A stretch of DNA of 64,000 bases from Flaccisagitta enflata (lineage: Eukaryota). The position numbers were made by a program, and so were the translations under genes. The notes beneath the pieces are model-generated. The model did not search any database and was not told the DNA's origin. It saw only the letters and a list, made by a program, of their open reading frames with translations. The stretch spans positions 34,286,001 to 34,350,000 of the forward strand of contig OZ231126.1 in assembly GCA_965153355.1 (NCBI GenBank). The letters are read 5' to 3'. Shown in pieces: positions 14,801 through 31,674 of the stretch (positions are counted from its first letter, which is position 1; the number at the start of each line of letters is the position of its first letter).

Positions 14801-16655
14801 AAATTGGCAATTTCCGCGATTTTTGGTCTGACGGTCTTCAAAGAACTGTTATTTGACACCCAAAAAATGCTCCCAGGGTCATGAAATTTTTTTTGGGCAT
14901 CACCAACAGTCTCTTAAAGGAATTTTGGCCCATGGTTCATACATCCCTGCCCTAATATGACAATGCCACCAGCTCAAAGACGATTTTCGGAGTCATTTTT
15001 TTCCAATTTTTGATTTTCGAACAGAATTTTGGGCACTTAAAGTGCTCCAATTTGGATGAAATTTAATATGGAGGTAGTCCATGATGTGAAGTACCTCCAA
15101 TGAAAATTTTGTCCAAATCGGTCAACATTAAGGGGGGTAATGACATCATTTTTCTTGACCCATACTCGGAAAAAAACTGTTTTTTTTTCAAATTTAGGTA
15201 CCTTAAAATTTTCAAAATTTCAATATTTATTACATACAACTTAATTAGGGTCTACTACATGTGCATGCAAAATTTTATGGCTCTCCACCAAGTTTAAGAT
15301 AGGTTTAAGGGCCAAAAATGGCCAAAAAAGGCCATTTTCGGCCATTTTGGGCAGTTTTTTTGGTGGCATTGGAACACGCACCTGAAATTGGGTCAACCAA
15401 GCCTGGATTAGTGTTCCCCTAGGTAATACGCACATTTTAAGACCCAACATGATAGGTGCCACCGGATTCGCCACTCTTATGAAGCCCTACAAAACCTTAA
15501 TCCTCAGACGGCTTTTACAATTGTTGAGCTTCAGACTCTCTTCCAGACAGTGCCACAAAAATGTGAGATCCTTACACATCCCAAGGATTGCTTGTAAGCA
15601 CTGACCCGTATCATGCTGTCGGTTCAACTCATGGGGAGCATTAAGTCCCATGGCTTGCAGGATCATTTTTTTCAGAGACATTTACCTTTGCTCCGAGGCT
15701 GAATTTACTGAAAAAGATCCGGTCTGCTGAAATTTTTGACATTCTTGCATAAGACAGCGTGCCCACGAAGTCAACATTTAGGGTATCAAAATGGGTCAAA
15801 ATAGAAAACATGCATGAGTGAAAATAAAAAATCAAGTGTATAAAAATGATTGAGATATGACATGCAAGATATTTGAGAGCAAAATTTGCATCCATTCAGC
15901 AAGAGACTAAGATTAAGCCTATGTTATTGAGGAAGATTTACTGAAAATTTCTACAAATTTCTTTTTTGTCACTGACAAGAGGTTGGTTGAAATTATAAGT
16001 TTGCATAGAAAATAAAAAAATGAAAAAACAAAGAACATAGTTCTCTTCCCAAACTGTTTTTAGAGAGAACTATGTTTTTGAAAATGCAAAATTTTTTTGG
16101 TTGTGGCATTCTTATAATTTCAACCTCAGAAAATAGAAAAAAATGTCAACAAAATTTTACTAAAAATCTTCATTTTCTTGCCCTTTGCCCTGAGAATTGC
16201 TTATCAAAAGGCAACTTAAAGCGTAAAACATGAAACTTACATAAATAACAAGTGTATCCAGTGAAAACTTGAGCAATGAAAACATATGTGGATGGATAAT
16301 TAGTCCATTATTTATGCAAAAGTGGGGTGAAGCACTTCATTTTTCCCTGGCAGATTTGACGTCATAAAGATGGTTCCATATGGCCCATATGGGATACTAT
16401 AACTAGTAATAGCCCATGAGAGTGTAATCGGGGTCCTAGCCCCCATATCAGAGGTAATACGACGACCTAAGCCCTTTTGCTAGATGTTTGGGATATGGGA
16501 TATGGGATATGGGTCTCTCTTAATTGAGCCATAATTACAGGAGGAGCATTAGCTCTAACTCTGAGTGCATGTAGAACCAACTGCAAGACTGAGTTGAGCC
16601 AGCAATTATTCATAGATGATGGATTCATAGATGATGGATGATGGATTGTCGAGGT
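11821..16655 (-). pseudogene. Ubiquitin-specific protease (peptidase C19/UCH) pseudogene split by a transposon
   Basis: USP motifs in correct order: Cys box LDNPSS..MNNCWLNSVLQ (~16580-16652), RQHDTGQCLQAIL (~15600), NNCK and CTHC zinc-ribbon remnants, P..IVIQLKRF (~12100), YNVLAIIHH...SGH (~11950), WFYCND and AHLLLL in a shifted frame; several frameshifts. Confidence 0.8.
12324..15511 (-). mobile_element. Non-autonomous foldback-type DNA transposon, copy 2 (inverted relative to copy 1)
   Basis: Same CCGTCTGAGG TIRs; 4-bp TSD CTTT (12320-12323, 15512-15515); ~520-bp subrepeats flipping near 13760. Confidence 0.9.
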
Positions 16656-17205
16656 CGATTGAGACACTCAACTTTATAATAAGAAAATGAAAACCCTGTT
16701 TCAAATGTATTTGGTTGGGGCGTAGGCTGTTCAGCACTTGGTCTCCGTGGTTCATGTTGTAGATCCTTTGAGTGATATGCATCAGTTTGAAAAAAAAACA
16801 CCCTCACAGATGAGCAGCTATGCTCATAAACATGTTTTCTTTTATTTGCATGCTCAAACAAGCATATATACACTCCTTTATTGATCCGACTTCAAATCAT
16901 GATAAATCAAAAAATATTCAGTAGAGATTTTTCGTAAAAAAAAAAATCATAACGCGAAAAATATCTCTCATAGATCATTCTGCTTGGCGCCAAATGAAAG
17001 AAAATTATCAAATTTAACTACCCTATCGATTTTGTTCGAGGGTGCAATCAGTCGATTGAGACACTCAACTTTCTAATAAGAAAATGAAAACCCTGTTTCT
17101 CTGGAATATGTCAAAAAGTTGACGACTTTTTTCCCGACAAGGCGAATAAAAAAGCATAACTACCCCTGCCCACTCTCCAATTTTTTTCTTTCTTTCTTTT
17201 CCTCT

Positions 17206-17715
<510 letters not shown>

Positions 17716-17853
17716 CTTTCCCTTTTTCTTTTTCTTTTTCTTTTTCATTTTTTTTTCATAATTTACTCCGATTTGACCGATGACGGATTATTAAGGAACT
17801 TAATTGTTACTACAGGCTGGTTCCACAACAATAGAGCCAAGAATGATATTTTT

Positions 17854-18154
17854 AACAAGCCCGATCGGGCAATTATGCGTCCGGACTGTGTCTCCGCGTG
17901 TATTGAATTTGCCGCTAAACATGTTACATGTACAGAGAGATAGATGGACGAATAGACAGATGAAACAACTGAGTAGCAAGGGAGGGTCTCAAAACACATT
18001 AGTCGATCATTTGATTCTTCGCAGGATCTTACCGTGGCATGAAAAAAGCTGAGAAACGCGGTTTTAATAAAGGCGTAGCGGACATGCCGACGGACGGACG
18101 GGCGGATGAATGGACAGACCCCCTTGTAAAGATAAGTTTCTGACGGACGCATCT
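17854..18154 (+). mobile_element. DINE-1/HINE-like element (family B)
   Basis: aacaagcccgatcgggc start hairpin, (ggac)n, end gacggacgcatct-aaaaa; homologous to 61786-62090. Confidence 0.7.
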
Positions 18155-18888
18155 AAAAAGAAAATTAAAACGATTAATGTTTGCGTGAGCAGAAATTCTT
18201 CATTTTCTAATCTCGACTTGTTTTGGTCCTGGACAGAAGAGCACCGGAAGAGGAGAGCAAATGAATGATTTGAGCAAAATAAACATCGACGAAGGAAAAA
18301 AGTCTCGCATGAACATTCATTACATCGCGCAAGGGACGGATGAGAGCAGTAGGAAAACGATGGATGGATGATTAGATGGATGGAGAAAGGGATTAATAAA
18401 TGGATGGATGGATGGATGGATGGATGGACGGACACATGGTAAGATGGATCGATATGGGGATGGTGTAATGAATGAATGGATAGATGGATGGATGGCTGGT
18501 TAAAGCTGAACAAACATATGCACGGTAGTGAAGGCGCATGGATGGGTGGTTTTCGGGTGGGTGGAGACATCGAAAACGATGGGATGAATTGAAGGTTGGA
18601 GTTGATAGTATGAGCAGTAAAAACGGAAAGGCGTTCAGATGAATTGATGGACCGGACATGGAATGGAAAACCGACCGTTTTTCTGGATTCCAAATGAGGA
18701 AGATAAGAAGATGAAGAAAAAAAGAGGCATGAAATTTTAATTCACAATTTCTTTTGGCAGCCTTAGTATATAGAGAGAAAAGAGGATGTTGTATGAATCT
18801 CTGGGAGGTGAAGACCCATGAATTCTTAAAGTGGAAAATGGAATCCACGCCAAGAAGAGAGAGAAAATGAGAAAGGTAGCGACTGTGT

Positions 18889-21720
18889 CACTGTGCCGTA
18901 TCTCTACGAAAAGTGAACACAGGGCCAACTTTGGGGGGTCAAAAATTGATTTTGGGAAATATGCATCAACATTGATTTAGAGGGCGAGGGAAAACGTAAA
19001 CTAAGACCAAACCAACATTTTTGGACATTTTTTGGCGCTACAGTGACGTCACGACCCTCTCAAAGTCGAAAATCGATGAATTTTTTTGAGGGAAAAATGG
19101 ACTGTCTTTTGTTGAGAGATACGGATGAAAAAATAGTCACTGTGGCTCTAAAAATTGTGTTTTTGACATGCGGATTTTTTTGCTGGTTAGCTCTTGAGCA
19201 CCTTTATTGATGTGAGGAAAAAAATTTGGATATAGGTTTTGAATTTTGGGGCAAAAATTGAAAAAATTCAAATTTAGGGTTTTTTTTGTCTCAAAATGTA
19301 AAATAAGTAGTTCCGAAACTCATACAGCCCCAGAAAGTCCCAGAAATTTTTTTGCAGAATTTGATACCCCTATTAGTGTACAATCAGGGACCAGTGTTGA
19401 TTTGTCTGGTTCCTGGCGGTCCTTTAGCCATTTTTGACCATTTTTAGCAACATACGAAAAATGTCATTTTTGGTAAAAAACAAATCAAATTATCTCTTAA
19501 CAAAATTGACTGAGGATGTCAATTTTTAGCACGAGACTATGTTTTTACATTATGTTTGATGTCTTGGATCCAAATTTTGCAGTCAATTTGCAGACCAGCC
19601 CAACTACCCTACCGACAATAAATTTGTAGAATGAGTATAAACTGGTCAAAAATTTTCAAATTAAGCTGAAAAGTTGCATACAGGTTGATTTTGACCTGTG
19701 AAATCATTTGTTTTTGTTTAAATGTGAGTGGGACGTGTTCTAAGTGCCTAAAAGTGGCCTAATTTTCTATGAAAAAATGGCAAAATTGGTCAAAATTTGA
19801 AAATCTGAAATTTCAGGGTTCAGACCCCATCAAAGAGACTCATTTACATCAAAAACAATCAATTTGCACATTTTTTTAGATTTGGAGTCAATTTTCGGCC
19901 ATTTTGAGCCATTTTTGGCAAAAAATGGCCTAAAATGGCCAAAATCAGCATTTTCTTCATACTGATCGTTGTTATTCAGATTTTTTTTGCCAATCTCACT
20001 CATTCCACTTAAAACTAGGAAAAATATACTCATTAGGACCTTTAAAAACTTACATCGGGGCCATTACAGGCCAAAAACAGGCCAAAAACGGCCTAAAATG
20101 GCCAAAATCAGCATTTTCTTCAAACTGATCGTTGTTATTCAGAATTTTTTTGCCAATCTCACTCATTCCACTTAGAACTAGGAAAAATATACTCATTAGG
20201 ACCTTTAAAAACTTACACCGGGGCCATTACAGGCCAAAAACAGGCCAAAAACGGCCTAAAATGGCCAAAATCAGCATTTTCTTCAAACTGATCGTTGTTA
20301 TTCAGAATTTTTTTGCCAATCTCACTCATTCCACTTAGAACTAGGAATAGTATACTCACTAGGACCTTTAAAAACTTATACCGGGGCCATAACAGGCCAA
20401 AAACGGCCTAAAATGGCCAAAATCAGCATTTTCTTCAAACTGATTGTTGTTATTCGGACTTTTTTTGCCAGTCTTATTCATTCTACATTGAACTAAGAAA
20501 GATATACTCATTTGGACCCTTCATCATTCATACCGGGGCCGTAACAGGCCAAAAACAGGCCAAAAATGGCCTAAAATGGCAAAAATTGGCCTTTTCTTCA
20601 AATTGATCATTGTTATTTGGAATTTTTTTGCCAATCTCACTCAAACCACTCAGACTAGGAAAAATATACTCATTTGGACCATCAAACACTCATACCGGGG
20701 CCATAACACGCCAATAAATGCCATGTTGACGAAATTTTATGGCGAAAAATGATTCTGAATGATGACAGATTGACTTGAATTTGTGCAAGATGGTGTCTGA
20801 GTGCCAGATTATCATTGTTTGACCATTTTCTGACAGAAGCAGCGGTTTGGTAGTCAAAAAACAGTCAAAAATGCCAATATAAAAGCTTTTTACGGCATTT
20901 TACGAACATTTACAACAATGAAAAATGAGACTCAAACCCAACTCAATGTTTTGAAACTCCGTAGTATGTGTGTCCCGGGTCCAAATACACATTTTCTGGC
21001 AATTTTTGAGTAGTTGTCCATCAACAATAGGAAGAAAACCCCTCGAAAATGGTCAAAAATGCCATTTTGACGGCATAAAAATATGCTGAATGATTACGGA
21101 TTGACTTGAATTTGTGCATGATGGTGTCTCAGTGCCAGATTAACGTTGTTTGACCATTTTCTGACAGAAGCAGCGGTTTGGTAGTAAAAAAAAACAGTCA
21201 AAAATGCCAAAATAAAAGCTTTTTACGGCATTTTACGAACATTTACGGCTTTGAAATGAGACTCACACCCATCTCAATGTTTTGAAACTGTGTAGTATGT
21301 GTGTCCCGGGTCTAAATACACATTTTCTGGCAATTTTTGAGTAGTTGTCCATCTACAACAGCAAGAAAACCCCTAGAAACGGTAAAAAATGCCATTTTGA
21401 CGGCAGTTTACGGCATAAAGATATGCTGGATGATGACGGGTTGGCCTGCATATATGCATGAGTGTGTCTTAGTGCCAGAACGTCATTGTTTGACCTTTAT
21501 ACGACAAAAGCAACGGTTTTAGACCAAAAAAACTGGCATAAATGCTATTTTCATGGTATTTTACGGCATTTTACGGCATTACGTGTGTCTATCTGAACCG
21601 AATGTGCTCTATAACTTTTTTTGGCTTCTATGGGATAGTTCCAATGGGCTTATGGCAAAAAATTGGGTCATTGGTCACTTTTGGGATTTCGCTTAGGGTG
21701 TACCTACATATGACACAGTG
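18889..21720 (+). mobile_element. Non-autonomous Transib-like DNA transposon
   Basis: CACTGTG termini at both ends, 5-bp TSD TGTGT (18884-18888, 21721-21725), shared subterminal AAAAGTGA block; no transposase ORF. Confidence 0.78.
19925..20720 (+). repeat. ~163-bp tandem repeat inside the Transib-like element (followed by ~300-bp repeats to ~21560)
   Basis: Near-identical units offset by 163 nt (e.g. 19969 vs 20132). Confidence 0.9.
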
Positions 21721-21725
21721 TGTGT

Positions 21726-21821
<96 letters not shown>

Positions 21822-21864
21822 AGAAATAAAGGAACAATATTGAGAGCAGAAATAAAGGAACCAG

Positions 21865-22065
21865 TAACGGGGATAACAAAATCGTCGCGGACGGGTGGGA
21901 AGGGGTGTACAACCCCTCCGTACAACCCCCTCCACAACCCTATTCACATGCGCGGCATCTCAGATGCGTGTTTTGACACGTTCTGACTTGTGCACGGATC
22001 AATGAACGAAACGATCGACCGATGGACAAAGCCTCTTATTGAGCCGCTAGTCTACGTCTGAAAAA
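21865..22065 (+). mobile_element. Degenerate DINE-1/HINE-like element (family A)
   Basis: gcggacgggtggg-aagggg...ggacaaagcctcttat shared with 50131-50744. Confidence 0.5.
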
Positions 22066-22091
22066 GGAAAGCAAGGAAGAAAAAAAGAATG

Positions 22092-22295
22092 AAACAAGGC
22101 CAACACCTTATAGTTGCGTGCGGTTGTTACGACCATAAGACCAAAAGAGTAAAAGACTAAATGTAAATTGTCTTGAAATAACTTTAAATGACATAAAACA
22201 ACGAAAAAAAAACTAAGCACGACCGGCCGACCAACAGACAGACAGACAGACAGACAGACGGACAGAGTAGGTCATAGAGTCGCGTGCACGCGACT
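22092..22295 (+). mobile_element. DINE-1/HINE-like element (family C, short form)
   Basis: aaacaaggccaacacc...(agac)n...agtcgcgtgcacgcgact palindrome followed by poly-A. Confidence 0.65.
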
Positions 22296-22334
22296 AAAAA
22301 AAAAAGAAAGAAAGAATGAGAGGATGGAAGTAAG

Positions 22335-24980
<2,646 letters not shown>

Positions 24981-25925
24981 ATTGAACATGATTCAGGGTG
25001 GAGATAAAGCGCAGAATAGAAATAGAGGGCTGGATTTCCTAAAAAGTATAAATGGTTTTCTCTCCTCTTCGATTTCCAAATTGTCTGCGGGAGGTCTTTA
25101 ACACGGAACCAGGCCCAAAAAGATGAGACAAAACGATGATGGAATAAAGACACAGAATCCACACATTTATTCTTATTTTTTTGTAGGACTAGTAATCGAC
25201 GCACGAATTTAGCCCTCTTATAACGGATTTTCTTCACGGCTAGTGGGTGCAAATATTCCGATGATTGTGGGTGGGATGTGTTTGAAGGAAAGTAATTTGT
25301 TTCATTTTTCACAGGCGAAAGATAGGATTTCGCCACACAATAATCATCACACAACGAAAGTTTTTTTAACTGATGGCAGTCACGCCTTTTTCAGGATGGT
25401 ATCTAACTGTTGCATTGAAATCTTTCTATGTTGCTCTCTACAGACTTTTGCATCAATGCCCAAAACCTAACGGTAAAAGATAACGGTATAAGATAATGGT
25501 AAGAGATAACCGCTTTTGGCCTGGTAATTACCTCGGAAAAGTCTGGTTTGGAGCATCAGCCCGTAAATATGCAAAATCGATTTTAATTGTAAGAAGCTCT
25601 TTAAACCCTGGATCATTGTAACAGAGCGCGAGCTGAGTACAAGGGTCGGCGGCTGGGGCGACGGAAATCGCGACAGCGACGGCGACGGCGACGGCGATGT
25701 TAACTACTAGTGTTGATAAGACAATAGATGTCCGGGGATGTCGGCGACGTTGCCATGGAAATGCTACGAGGCGACTCATTTTCTCGTTTAGTTTCAAAAA
25801 AAAAGTTTCAACCTTCCTTCTCAAGGAATTGACGGAGAAAGAAAGTACACATTAAATTCGACGTTTTGAAGGTGCATCCACGCACCGCGTTGGAAATAAA
25901 CCTGAAAAATACCCCTCCATCCATC

Positions 25926-26352
25926 CAGGCCCCAATGAGGACGAAGTCCTGTAGAACTCAGGGGAACTTTCGTTCATGCCTGTATCTGCGTCCATTCATC
26001 CATTTGTTTCTCCCACACCCCCCCCCCCGTCCATCGGGCCTCTCAAACCTGTAACGGGCCTCTCAGGCTTCAAATCAGGACTCAGAGGCATCAATTCATG
26101 CCTCACAGGCCTGAAATTAGGCTTTTCAGACCTCAAATTAGACCTCTCAGGCCTCTTAGGCCTTAATTCAGCCCGCTCATAAGCCCAAATCACAGATTGA
26201 CGGGAGGACGCACGCACAAACAAAAGTCCCCCTGTGTTCTACAGGACTTCGTTCCCTTTGGGGCCTGTGCCCTACTTCCCCCACTCAATTTCACAGTCAA
26301 ACATGGGCAACGGGTATCGCTGACCACATATCACCCCTCGGCGACTGGTTTT
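25926..26352. mobile_element. HINE-like element (family D) with 21-bp internal minisatellite
   Basis: Subterminal inverted repeat gacgaagtcctgtagaac.cagggg / cccctgtgttctacaggacttcgt flanking aggcctcaaatc-type units. Confidence 0.7.
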
Positions 26353-27024
26353 CTCATTTTTGCCTGGTTGGCACCAACTCACTACCTCGCCTTCGTGTGC
26401 GCGCGACTGCCGACTGCCGACTGCCGACTGCCAACTGCCGACTGCCGACTGCCGACTGCCGACTGTCGCTGACGCGTCAAAAGTCGTTATTTGGCTCCAC
26501 GTGTGGCTTTTTACCCTGAAATAGAACGGCCTTGAATGAGGTTATTTCCTCGTAAAAAAACGCGCCAAAGTTCTCTCTTTTTTTCGCTCAGTTTCAATTT
26601 CATTTCCACGTTTCACTCTCGCGGCCGTAAACACGTAAAATCATCGCCATCTATCGCATTTTGGTGGGAAAAGTAATGACGAAGACGTCGATGACAACAA
26701 TGACAACGATGACTTTCATGACAACAACGATAATGATGTTGATGACAACAAATATCCTGTTTCTTTGAAAAAGTCAGTAACCAACAAAAGCCGCAATGAA
26801 AAAAGAGAAGAATGCTTTACGCCAGGAAAACACAAATCAATGAACGGTAAGAAATATATGGAGGTAAAGACAGGAGGAAAGAAAGGAGGGAAGGAATAAA
26901 CAAACCCCGCGGAAGTCATTATGAGAATGGAACAGGAAAAAGAAATACAAGGCCGCATACGAATTACCGACGGCCACCGTCCAACTTTGACACTCAATTT
27001 CATTTTCTCTCCCCTCTACTAACC

Positions 27025-27735
<711 letters not shown>

Positions 27736-29920
27736 CTGTTTTTTTTTCTTTTTTTTTCATTTTTCACCTTTTTCTCTCCGGTTTTCTGTCATTTTCTATC
27801 TTGTCTTTTTTAGGTCTTTTTTTTCTCAATTCCTTTGTTTCTTTGTAGTTCTGTTTCTTTGTTTTCTTTTATCTTTTTTTTCTCGTTTCTTTTTATACTT
27901 CCCTCATTTCTTTTTCTCCCACTTACTTTGAGAGAAAAAAAACCAAGTGTCTCAGGGTGGGGTGTTTCATATCAGGGCTCTGGTCTCCGAGTGGGCTGGC
28001 CGAAATTTTGTAGTTGTGGTATGGTTAGGTGAAGCCCCCGGGCACCATAGATGGCTTCCCAAGTGCCCCCACAAGTAACTCGGTTGCCAGATAGGTGGCC
28101 AAAATGGCCAAAAATGGCCCAAAATGACCAAAATCCTTCAAAATTCCAAAATTTGGTTTATTTGTCACAAAAAATCCCAATCATTGATCCAGTTCACTCA
28201 GTTATAATGTATAGACATGGGTTTGGCCAAAAAACGGCAAGTCGCTGCAATTGGGGGCGTGCAAGGACCTCAAAATGGCTTAAAAAAGGCCTTAAAATGA
28301 CCCATCTTACACAGTATCAAAAATTAATAAAAGAATAATGAAATTTTTTCTTCCAAACCTTAAAATATCCAAGGATATAGCCTCAGTGAAGTGTAACAGA
28401 GTTGAAACAGCAAAAAAATATGGCCCTGAGTGTTGTATCAGCCTAAAAACAGGCCTTAAATAGCCAAAATTGGCCCAAAACGACCAAAATGCTTCAAAAT
28501 TCAAAAATTTGGGTTATTTTTCATGAAAAATCTTAATCATTGATCCAGTCCACTCAGTTATAATGTATAATTATGGGTTTGGCAAAAAAATGGCCAGTGG
28601 CTACAATTGGGGGCTTTCAAGAGACCCAAAATGACCAAAAAAGGCCCTAAAATGACCCATATTACGCTATGGCAAAAATTAAGGAAAAAAACGAAATTTT
28701 TTCTTATAAACCTAAAAATATCCTAAAATGTAGCCTCAGTGAAGTCTAACAGAGTAGAAACAGCAAAAAAATATGGCCCTGAGCATCGAATCAGCCTAAA
28801 AACAGGCCTATATTGGCCAAAATTGGCCCAAAATGATCAAAATGTTTCAAAATTCAAAAATTTGGTGTATCTTTCACAAAAAATCCCAATCATTGACCCA
28901 AACTACTCGGTTACAATGTATAGACATGGGTTTGGCCAAGAAATGGTTGGTGGCTACAATTGAGGGCTTGCAAGGGACCCAAAATCAAAATGTCCAAAAA
29001 GGGCCTTAAAATGACCTATATTACGCTATGTCAAAAATTCTGTCTTCCAAACCTTAAAATATCCCAGGATATAGAATGTAGCCTCAGTGAAGTGAAACTG
29101 AGTAGAAACAGCAAAAAAATATAGCCCTGAGCGTTGTATCAGCCTAAAAACAGGCCTTGAATAGCCATAATTGGCCTAAAACGACCAAAATGCTTTAAAA
29201 TTCAGAATTTTTCATTGATTTTTTATGAAAAATCCCAACCATTGATCCAGTTCACTCAGTTATAATGTAGACATGGGTTTGGCCAAAAAACGGCAAGTGG
29301 CTGCAATTGGGGGCGTGCAAGGACCTCAAAACAGCTTATGAAAGGAATTAAAATGACCCATCTCACACTATACAAAAAATAAATGAAAAGTAATGAAATT
29401 TTTTTTTTTCCAAACCTTAAAAAATCCGAGGATATAGCCTAAGTGAAGTGTAACAGAGTTGAAAGAGCAAAAAAACATGGCCCTGAGCGTTGTATCAGCC
29501 TAAAAACAGGCCTCAAATAGCCAAAATTGGCCCTAAATGACCAAAATGCTTCAAAATTCAAAAAATTTTGTTTATCTTTTATGAATAATCCCAAATATTA
29601 ATCCAAATCACTCAGTTATAATGTATAGACATGGGTTTGGCCAAAAAATGGTCAGTGGCTACAATTGAGGGCTTGCAAGGGACCCAAAATGGCCAAAAAC
29701 GGCCTTAAAATCACCCATATTACACTATGTCAAAAATATCCCAGGATATAGCCTCAGTGAAGTGTAACTGAGTAGAAACAGCAAAAAAATACGGCCCAGA
29801 GCATTGCATCAGCCTAAAAACAGGCCTTAAATAGCCAAAATTGGCCCAAAATGACCAAAATGCTTTAAAATTTGGTTTTAAGGCATTAGCCTAAGTTGCG
29901 GCGTCGGCATTTTCACCGTG

Positions 29921-30495
29921 TAGAACACAGGGGACAGACTTAAATTCGTTCGTTAGCCAACAGGTTCGTTTGATCCCCTAAAACCTTATCAGGCCCCTCA
30001 GGCCTAAAATCTGGCTTCTCAGGCCTCAAATCCAGCGTCTCAGGCCTCAAATCCAGCGTCTTAGGCCTCTAATCCAGCCTCTCCGGCCTCAAATCCAGCC
30101 TCTCAGGCATCAAATCCAGCCGCTCTGGCCTCAAACCAGCCTCTCAGGCCTCAAATCCGGCCTCTCAGGCCTAAAATCCGACCTCTCAGGCCTCAAACCT
30201 GGCCTTTCAAACCTCAAATTAGGCCTCAAGTTAGTCCTCTCAAGCTTCCAATTGGCATTCTCAGGCCTTACATCAGCCTTCTTAGACCTCAATTTAAGCT
30301 CTTGAAGGCCTTCAGTCAACCCCCTGTGTAGCATCTCATCCACGTAAGGCAGGACAAACAAAAGTCCCCCTGTGTTCTACAGGACTTCGTCCCCTTCGGG
30401 GCCGCTGCCCTGCTTTCCCTCACTCCAACTCACAATCACTCAAAGCAGGGCAAAGGGTATCGCTGATCATATATTGCCCTTGGGCGACCTGTTTT
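29921..30495. mobile_element. HINE-like family D copy nested in the MULE-like element
   Basis: 21-bp aggcctcaaatccagcctctc array and gtccccctgtgttctacaggacttcgtccccttcggggccgctgccc end. Confidence 0.7.
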
Positions 30496-30954
30496 TTTAT
30501 GAAAAATCCCAATTATTGATCCTCTCCACTCGGTCATAATGTATAGTTATGGGTTTGGCCAAAATATGGCCAGTGGCTACAATTGGGGGCTTGCAAGGGA
30601 CCCAAAATAACCAAAAAAGGCCTTAAAATGACCCATATCATGCTATGACAAAAATTAATGAAAAATAATCAGTCGCAAAAGTGTTAGATGATCAGCGGTA
30701 CCTGTGCCCTGCCTAAGCTGGTTGTGCTTGAAGTTGTGGGAGGGAGCAGGGCAGCGGCCCTGAAGGGGTCGATGACCTATGCTTTCACACATATGGGGGA
30801 TTTTCTCCTTCTCCTCCTTCTTCTTCTTCTTCTACTTCTTCTTCTTCTACTTCTTCTCCTCCGTCCATCCCCTCCCTCCCCGACTCTAATCCTAGTCTCA
30901 AGGCTCAAATCCCAGCCTCAAGGCCCAAATCCCAGCCTCAAGGCCTGAATCCCA

Positions 30955-31674
30955 AAACAGGTCGCCCAAGGGCAATATGTGGTCAGCGATACCCGTTGCC
31001 CTGCTGTGCATGATTGTAAATTTGAGTGAGGGGAGGCAGGGCAGCGGCCCCGAAGGGGACGAAGTCCTGTAGAACACAGGGGGACTTTCGTTCATCCGTC
31101 CGTTTGGGCTGAATTCAGGTCTAAGAGGGCTGATGTAAGGCCAGAAAGCCAGTTGGGGGCTTGAATGGGCTGACTTGAGGCTTGAAAGAGCTGGATTAAG
31201 GCTTGGAAGGCCATAGAGAACTGACTTGAGGATCAAATAGCTGATTTGAGGCTTGAGAGGCCTGATTTGAGGCTTGAGAGGCCTAATTTGAGGCAAGAGG
31301 TTGGATTTGAGGCCTAAGAGGCTAGATTTGAGGCTTGAGAGGCCAGGTTTGAGGCCTGAGAGGCCAGATAAAAGGCCTGAGAGGCCATATTTGAGGCCTA
31401 AGAGGCCAAATTTGAGGCCTAAGAGGCTAGATTTGAGGCCTGAGAGGCCAGATTGTAGGCCTGAGAGGTCTAGTTTGAGGCCTGAGAGGCCAGATTTGAG
31501 GCCTGAGAGGCCAGATTTGAGGCCTGAGAGGCCAGATTTGAGGCCTGAGAGGCCAGATTTGAGGCCTGAGGGGTCTGAGGGAGGGGGGGACGCACGCACG
31601 TACGAACGAACGAACGAACGAACGAAAGTCCCTCTGTGTTCTACAGGACTTCGTCCCCTTCGGGGCCGCTGCCC
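30955..31674. mobile_element. HINE-like family D copy in the opposite orientation; a truncated related copy precedes it at ~30745-30955
   Basis: ~55-bp subterminal inverted repeats (31039-31093, 31620-31674) around a 21-bp array. Confidence 0.75.

Noticed and set aside
26480-26670. Promoter-like cluster (CACGTG, TCAGTT, CGCCATCTA)
   Set aside because: Short motifs expected by chance; no linked gene
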